In this document: positions 58,387 to 64,000 of the stretch, piece after piece
Numbering within the stretch: position 1 is the first letter of the stretch
Layout of the letters: each line of letters begins with the position of its first letter
Assembly (NCBI GenBank): GCA_964613455.1
Contig: CAZTGS010000001.1
Span: forward strand, 64,806-128,805
Reading direction: 5' to 3'
DNA length: 64,000 nucleotides
Source of the DNA: an uncultured Gammaproteobacteria bacterium
GTDB lineage: Bacteria; Pseudomonadota; Gammaproteobacteria; Magnimaribacterales; D2472
The notes under the pieces: generated by a model
The model's input: the letters and a program-made list of their open reading frames with translations, nothing else
The model's database searches: none
Told to the model about the DNA's origin: nothing
Program-made: the position numbers and the translations under genes

Positions 58387-59813
58387 TGAGCTGGGAGACT
58401 GTTATAGGCTTAGAAATTCATGTTCAACTCTCAACTGAGTCAAAACTGTTTTCTGGAGGCTCGACAGGTTTTGGTGCAGAACCAAATACTCATGTAGATC
58501 TTATAGATATGGGTCTTCCAGGAGTATTACCAGTAGCTAACAGAGATGCTTTCTATAAAGCAATACGTTTTGGCTTAGCAACGAATGCAGAAATTAATCA
58601 AACATCATCATTTGATAGAAAAAACTATTTCTATCCAGATCTACCAAAAGGGTATCAAATTACTCAGATGGCTATGCCGATTGTTGGCAAAGGCTCAATA
58701 AAAATATTGGTAGAAGGTGCAGAAAAAATTATTAATATTACTAGGGCTCATTTAGAAGAAGATGCTGGTAAATCTATTCATGATCTTTTTGAAGGTGAGA
58801 CTGGGGTTGATTTAAATAGAGCTGGAACACCATTATTAGAAATAGTTTCTGAGCCAGAAATATCGAATGCTAAAGAGGCCGTTGCTTACTTTAAAGCTGT
58901 TAAACAACTTGTGACCTTCTTAGATATCTGTGATGGCATTATGGCCCAAGGTTCAATGAGATGCGATGTGAATGTATCGATGAAAAAAACTGAAGATAAA
59001 GAACTAGGAACAAGAGCTGAAATTAAAAACCTTAATTCATTTAAATTTATTGAAAAAGCTATTAATTTTGAAACAGAAAGACAAATTAGAATTATTGAGT
59101 CTGGAGAATCTGTAGTTCAAGAAACTCGTCTTTATGACAGTATTAAAAATGAGACTAGATCTATGAGATCTAAAGAAGAAGCTAATGACTATAGATATTT
59201 TCCATGCCCTGATCTATTACCAGTAGTAATAACTGATGAAGAGTTAAATGAGATTAAAGAAAACCTTCCTGAACTTCCTGAGCAAAAGGAAAGAAGATAT
59301 ATATCTGAAGCAAATTTAGAAGAATCTGAAGCAAAAATTATTTCTTCATCCAAAACAATGGCAAATATGTTTGAAGAAGCTTGCTTAAAAACAGACGATT
59401 CAAAACTGGTTGCAAATTGGCTTGTAGGAGATATCAGCGCCCTTCTTAATAAAGATAATATTGATATAGATGAGTCTAAATTGACTTCTAATAATTTTGG
59501 TACATTAATAGAAAGGATTTCAGATAAAACGATATCTGGAAAGATTGCCAAATCAGTCCTAGAAGAAGTTTGGGAATCTGGTAATAATGTTGATGATATT
59601 ATTGAAGATAAAGGCTTGGTTCAGATTCAAGATGAATCTTTATTAGAAAGTATTGCTAGTAAAATCATAGAAGATAATCCTGGCCAAGTTAATGCGTATA
59701 AAGGCGGAAAAGATAAGCTATTTGGTTTCTTTGTTGGGCAAGTAATGAAAGAAACACAAGGAAAAGCAAATCCTCAGAGTGTAAATGAGATACTTAAGAA
59801 ACTTTTAGACTAA
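58386..59813 (+). CDS. gatB: Glu/Asp-tRNA amidotransferase subunit B
   Basis: 475 aa with WETVIGLEIHVQL and NRAGTPLLEIVSEP. Confidence 0.97.
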   Translation: MSWETVIGLEIHVQLSTESKLFSGGSTGFGAEPNTHVDLIDMGLPGVLPVANRDAFYKAIRFGLATNAEINQTSSFDRKNYFYPDLPKGYQITQMAMPIVGKGSIKILVEGAEKIINITRAHLEEDAGKSIHDLFEGETGVDLNRAGTPLLEIVSEPEISNAKEAVAYFKAVKQLVTFLDICDGIMAQGSMRCDVNVSMKKTEDKELGTRAEIKNLNSFKFIEKAINFETERQIRIIESGESVVQETRLYDSIKNETRSMRSKEEANDYRYFPCPDLLPVVITDEELNEIKENLPELPEQKERRYISEANLEESEAKIISSSKTMANMFEEACLKTDDSKLVANWLVGDISALLNKDNIDIDESKLTSNNFGTLIERISDKTISGKIAKSVLEEVWESGNNVDDIIEDKGLVQIQDESLLESIASKIIEDNPGQVNAYKGGKDKLFGFFVGQVMKETQGKANPQSVNEILKKLLD

Positions 59814-59820
59814 AAAGTAA

Positions 59821-60282
59821 TTAGATTACAAACATACTAAGAGTAACTGCTACATAAGCAGGCTTTTCAACACCCTTTATCTCCATAGTAACTTCAGTTT
59901 TCATTAAATATTGATTAGCATTTTTTTCTGTAATATCAAGACATTTCATTATAATTCTTACTTCTGAGTTAACAGGCACAGGACTTAAGAATCTTACTTT
60001 ATCTAGTCCGTAATTTAGCCCCATTTTTGTTCCTTCTAAGACTAAACCCATTTCTTGCTTAAATGGTATTCCAGCCACTAAAGAAAGCGAAAGAAAGCCA
60101 TGAGCGATAGTAGATCCAAATATTGGTGTTGCTTGTTCAGGATCAACATGAATGAATTGATTATCCATTGTTGCTTCTGCAAACTTATCGATCATATCCT
60201 GATCAATCGTTACCCATTCTGAAGTTCCAATTTCTGTTCCTATGGCTGATTCTATCTCTGACGGTTTGACTACTTTTAGCAT
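59821..60282 (-). CDS. MaoC-like (R)-specific enoyl-CoA hydratase/dehydratase
   Basis: 153 aa, hot-dog fold, with FIHVDPEQA...TIAHGFLSLSL. Confidence 0.8.
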   Translation of the reverse strand: MLKVVKPSEIESAIGTEIGTSEWVTIDQDMIDKFAEATMDNQFIHVDPEQATPIFGSTIAHGFLSLSLVAGIPFKQEMGLVLEGTKMGLNYGLDKVRFLSPVPVNSEVRIIMKCLDITEKNANQYLMKTEVTMEIKGVEKPAYVAVTLSMFVI

Positions 60283-61899
60283 TTATTTCTCCATATAGTA
60301 ATTATTATATTCATCTCTTAATTCAAATTTTTGAAGCTTTCCAGTTGCTCCATGAGGAAGTTCTTTCATGAAAATAATTTCATCTGGCAGCCACCATTTA
60401 GCTACCTTTGACCCAAGAAATTCTAAGATACTTTCTTTATCAATAGGTTCGCCATCATTAGTAACAATAAATAGCATTGGTCTCTCATCCCATTTAGGAT
60501 GTGGTATGCCCACAACACATGCCTCAGCAACCTCTGGGTGACCAACAGCTGCATTCTCTAAATCAATTGAGCTAATCCATTCTCCGCCAGATTTGATTAC
60601 ATCTTTAGCCCTATCCTTGATAGTCATATAACCATCTTGGTCTAAAACTGATATATCGCCAGTATCAAACCAGCCATCTTTATCAACACAATCTTTTTCA
60701 GCCTTGAAGTATCTTTGAAGTACCCAAGGACCCCTAACCATTAGATGTCCTTGAGATTCTCCATCTTTAGGTAATTCTTTACCAGAATCATCTACAACTT
60801 TAAGTTCAATGCCGAACATTGGTCTGCCTTGTTTTAACTGAACAGCATATCTATCTTCTTTATTCATTTTTTCCATTTCAGGTGTCATGAAGTTTGAAGT
60901 TCCTAAAGGACTCATTTCAGTCATTCCCCAACCCTGGATTACATTAACATCATGAACTTCATCAAATTCTTTGAGTATTGCTAACGAAAGTGCTGAACCT
61001 CCAATTACAGTATTTTTTACAGAACTCAGAACTTTATTATTCTCTCTACAATAGTTTAATAGCCCCATCCAAATAGTAGGTACGCCAAATGCTAGGGTTA
61101 CGTCTTCTTTTTCTATAAGGTCATAAAGTGGTTCTCCCTCCATTTGCATGCCAGGCATAACTATTTTCAGGCCAAACATAGGTGCAAAATAAGGGATACC
61201 CCATGCCAATACATGAAATAATGGAACTACCATTAATATAGCTTCATCCGGCTTCATTGTTAACCCAATTAATGCCGCTTGAGAATGTTGAATATTAGAT
61301 TTATGCGAATACAGAACTCCCTTTGGATTACCTGTAGTTCCAGATGTGTAACATAAGCCGCAAGCCGCATCATCTTCCATTGCTGGCCATTCATAATTCT
61401 CATCACCATCTGAGATATATTCTTCATATGAAATAGCATTTTTTAAACTTGTATCAGGCATTTCATCTTTGTTGCAAAGAACAATAAATTTTTCAACACA
61501 AAGAAGTTGATCTTTTAAAGCTTCCATCATTGGTACAAAAGGAGCTTCACAAAAAATTATCTTATCATCAGCATGGTTAATAATATAAACAGCCTGCTCA
61601 GGATGAAGTCTAAAATTTAAAGTATGACAAATGGCACCCATGCCTGAAATGCCATAGTACATTTCTAAATGTCTATAAGTGTTTAAAGCTAGAGTTGCGA
61701 TAACATCTCCTTTTTTGTATCCATCTTTTTCTAAGGCTGACGCAAGCTTTCTAGACCTTATACAAACTTCTTCGTAATTAGTTCTATGTATTTCACCAGA
61801 AACCATTCTGCTGATAACTTCTTGTTTTGGATAAATGTTTTTTGCATGCTCAATAATGCTTGCTACATTTGGAGTCCATTTTTGCATATCTCCAATCAT
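60283..61899 (-). CDS. Acyl-CoA synthetase (AMP-forming fatty-acid--CoA ligase family)
   Basis: 538 aa with the AMP-binding motif YTSGTTGNPKGV, GWGMTE, and DRAKDVIKSGGEWIS. Confidence 0.9.
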   Translation of the reverse strand: MIGDMQKWTPNVASIIEHAKNIYPKQEVISRMVSGEIHRTNYEEVCIRSRKLASALEKDGYKKGDVIATLALNTYRHLEMYYGISGMGAICHTLNFRLHPEQAVYIINHADDKIIFCEAPFVPMMEALKDQLLCVEKFIVLCNKDEMPDTSLKNAISYEEYISDGDENYEWPAMEDDAACGLCYTSGTTGNPKGVLYSHKSNIQHSQAALIGLTMKPDEAILMVVPLFHVLAWGIPYFAPMFGLKIVMPGMQMEGEPLYDLIEKEDVTLAFGVPTIWMGLLNYCRENNKVLSSVKNTVIGGSALSLAILKEFDEVHDVNVIQGWGMTEMSPLGTSNFMTPEMEKMNKEDRYAVQLKQGRPMFGIELKVVDDSGKELPKDGESQGHLMVRGPWVLQRYFKAEKDCVDKDGWFDTGDISVLDQDGYMTIKDRAKDVIKSGGEWISSIDLENAAVGHPEVAEACVVGIPHPKWDERPMLFIVTNDGEPIDKESILEFLGSKVAKWWLPDEIIFMKELPHGATGKLQKFELRDEYNNYYMEK

Positions 61900-61975
61900 G
61901 ATATTGTCCTTAAAAAATTGATTGATATAAATTATATAAGAAGCAACAATGATTTGTTAAAAAAATAAAGTAATA

Positions 61976-63457
61976 ATGAATAAAAAAAACCTAGGTTTAA
62001 ATTTTCAAAATTCGTATGCTGAGAATTTGAATGGGTTATCTCAAAAATGTATTGCTAGTAAATCCCCTTCTCCAAAAATGCTTTTTTTTAATTACCATTT
62101 AGCAGAAGAACTATCCCTTGATCCTTTTAATTTAAATTCTGATGAAGGTCTTGCAATTTTTTCTGGGAATAAAATTCCAGAAGGCTCTATTCCTATAGCT
62201 CAAGCTTATTCAGGTCATCAATTTGGTCATTTTAATCCTCAACTGGGTGATGGAAGAGCTCTTCTACTTGGAGAAATCACAAATAGTAATAATGAGTTAC
62301 GAGATATTCAATTAAAAGGTTCGGGTCCAACTCCCTTCTCTCGAAGGGGTGATGGTAAATCAGCATTAGCGCCTGTTTTAAGAGAGTATCTTATTAGTGA
62401 AAGCATGCATGCCTTAGGAATTTCTACGACAAGGTCTCTTGCTGCGGTTTCTACTGGAGAGAGTGTTGAAAGAGAGGTAACCTTACCTGGAGGAATACTC
62501 ACAAGAGTTGCGTCAAGTCATATAAGAATTGGAACATTTGAATTTGCCAGTCAATCAAAAGATCTTAGCAAGATAAAAGAATTAGCAGAATATTCAATTA
62601 ATAGGCATTATCCAGAGGTTGCTGATGTTGATAATCCTTATCTAGCTTTTTTTGCTGCTGTTTGTAATGAGCAGGCTTCTTTGATTGCTAATTGGATGAC
62701 AATTGGATTTATACATGGAGTGATGAACACAGATAATATGACCATTTCTGGAGAAACAATTGATTATGGGCCATGTGCATTTATGGATAGTTATGATTTA
62801 AAAACAGTTTTTAGTTCTATTGATTCTCAAGGGAGATATGCTTACGAAAATCAACCAGCAATATTGACTTGGAACCTAACCAGATTAGCTGAAACCTTGA
62901 TTCCGCTTGTTGATCAAGACAAAGATGTTGCAATAGCTTCACTCACTGAAGTATTACAACTCATAAAGCCAGTATATGAAAACTATTGGCTAATAAATAT
63001 GCGATCAAAAATTGGTCTTTCAAAAGATGATCCTCATGACTATGAATTAATTACTAATTTGTTGGAGATTATGAGTGAGCAACATGCAGACTTTACTCTC
63101 ACCTTTAGATTTTTATCAAGAGCTTTAATTGGAAATAATAAAGATGTGAGAGCCTTATTCAAAGACTCTAATAAGTTTGATGTTTGGTTGATGCTCTGGC
63201 AGGAAAGAATTTCTCAAGAAGGCATTCCGGATGAAGTGATATCTAAAAAGATGGATGAAGTAAACCCTATCTACATACCAAGAAACCATAAAGTTGAAGA
63301 AGCTCTTGCGTCTGCAGTAAATGAAAATAATATGGAACCTTTATCTTTGCTGCTATCTATCTTAGTTCAGCCTTATGAAGAGATTGTTGGCTATGAATCA
63401 TTTGCAGAACCTGCCCCATTCTCTCAAGAGCCTTATAAAACATTTTGTGGCACTTAA
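61976..63457 (+). CDS. selO: Protein adenylyltransferase SelO (YdiU)
   Basis: 493 aa with AQAYSGHQFGHFNPQLGDGRA, LQLKGSGPTPFSR and HGVMNTDNMTISGETIDYGP. The C-terminus ends ...FCGT, with Cys at the antepenultimate position where eukaryotic SelO has Sec. Confidence 0.93.
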   Translation: MNKKNLGLNFQNSYAENLNGLSQKCIASKSPSPKMLFFNYHLAEELSLDPFNLNSDEGLAIFSGNKIPEGSIPIAQAYSGHQFGHFNPQLGDGRALLLGEITNSNNELRDIQLKGSGPTPFSRRGDGKSALAPVLREYLISESMHALGISTTRSLAAVSTGESVEREVTLPGGILTRVASSHIRIGTFEFASQSKDLSKIKELAEYSINRHYPEVADVDNPYLAFFAAVCNEQASLIANWMTIGFIHGVMNTDNMTISGETIDYGPCAFMDSYDLKTVFSSIDSQGRYAYENQPAILTWNLTRLAETLIPLVDQDKDVAIASLTEVLQLIKPVYENYWLINMRSKIGLSKDDPHDYELITNLLEIMSEQHADFTLTFRFLSRALIGNNKDVRALFKDSNKFDVWLMLWQERISQEGIPDEVISKKMDEVNPIYIPRNHKVEEALASAVNENNMEPLSLLLSILVQPYEEIVGYESFAEPAPFSQEPYKTFCGT

Positions 63458-64000
63458 GATTTAAGATTAAATCTTTTTAAAATAGTTTGATCAGATGTGC
63501 CCTCTTTAATCATTAGTCTTAATAGATGCATATATGGATATAGTTCAGATTTAAGATTGCCATGCCAGTTCCAAAGATAGCTTTCTAATACCTCTAACTC
63601 ACTTTGATTTAAATCTATAGAAGCTCTAAATCTAAAAAGTTTAGAAACTTTATGAAAAGAAGATGGCAGATCTGACTCCTCAAGAATATCTTCAAATGAC
63701 TTGGGATGATTTTTTAAAGAATTGCTAAATGAAGAAAGTGCTATTTTATCTAATTCTAATAGTCCCATAGGATTTATTAGAACTCCTTCAAGAGCATCCA
63801 AATTAATTTCTTTTAGTGATGAATAATCATCAATTATAACTTTAGGAGTACAGTAATCATTTGCATAAAAGTTATCCCATACTATTAATGGATGCTTTAG
63901 TTTATCTCTCCATTTAGATATATCATCACTTGTGTAATTAGCTGAAACCACTTTGCTCCCTGTCCAAAAAATTGGTATATCAGCATTTAATAGTAATGAT
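63454..64000 (-). CDS. GH84 beta-N-acetylglucosaminidase (O-GlcNAcase-like), C-terminal part only (5' end beyond the window)
   Basis: The reading frame stays open to the window end. Manual translation upstream of the track ORF gives ...NADIPIFWTGSKVVSANYTSDDISKWRDKLKHPLIVWDNFYANDY. This parallels human OGA ...[40 protein letters not shown]. The catalytic DD motif would lie outside the window. Confidence 0.7.
   Translation of the reverse strand, partial: SLLLNADIPIFWTGSKVVSANYTSDDISKWRDKLKHPLIVWDNFYANDYCTPKVIIDDYSSLKEINLDALEGVLINPMGLLELDKIALSSFSNSLKNHPKSFEDILEESDLPSSFHKVSKLFRFRASIDLNQSELEVLESYLWNWHGNLKSELYPYMHLLRLMIKEGTSDQTILKRFNLKS

Overview
This is a very AT-rich (about 30% GC by eye, not computed) and extremely gene-dense chromosomal core region of a gammaproteobacterium, probably a genome-streamlined marine lineage. 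The taxon cannot be confirmed without a search. About 70 genes are packed with mostly under 100 nt between them, many 4-23 nt overlaps, and several convergent gene pairs whose stop codons overlap. The gene order is a compressed copy of the Pseudomonas/E. coli backbone. In order it reads: tolA-tolR-tolQ-ybgC, an Hjc-like ORF, yebC, aspS, proS, a thiolase, recA (with a perfect CTGT-N8-ACAG SOS box) and fdxA. Next come DUF368, pcm-surE-ispDF-ftsB-eno-kdsA-pyrG, alr-dnaB-rplI-rpsR-rpsF, a full dcw cluster, RNase P RNA, and rsmI with a divergent LpoA-like lipoprotein. These are followed by sspA-petCBA-rpsI-rplM, zapE/degS, murA-ibaG-mlaC, kdsD-lptA-lptB-rpoN-mgtE, yhdP-like-mreDCB, gatCAB, MaoC with an acyl-CoA synthetase, selO, and a partial GH84 (O-GlcNAcase-like) gene. 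I saw no tRNA, rRNA, CRISPR array, transposase, integrase, phage gene or recognisable defence or toxin module. The window does not look like an accessory island, and I cannot point to a self-contained novel system. Three things stand out. (1) A 141-aa Hjc-type PD-(D/E)xK resolvase-like ORF sits exactly where ruvC-ruvA-ruvB normally lie, between yebC and ybgC-tolQRA. (2) ftsZ has moved from the 3' end of the dcw cluster to the second position, between mraZ and rsmH. (3) Directly upstream is a predicted promoter overlapped by three 10-bp-phased GTGTK repeats (an MraZ-operator-like element), and mraZ appears to be leaderless. Lesser oddities include several conserved envelope and translation loci reduced to minimal versions: ProRS without the INS editing domain, an orphan mlaC, no kdsC or lptC, and a half-length YhdP. 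There is also a ferredoxin with an unexplained 92-aa tail, a MurD P-loop substitution, and a selO/GH84 pair. All functional calls come from motif recognition by eye and remembered synteny. No database search was run.
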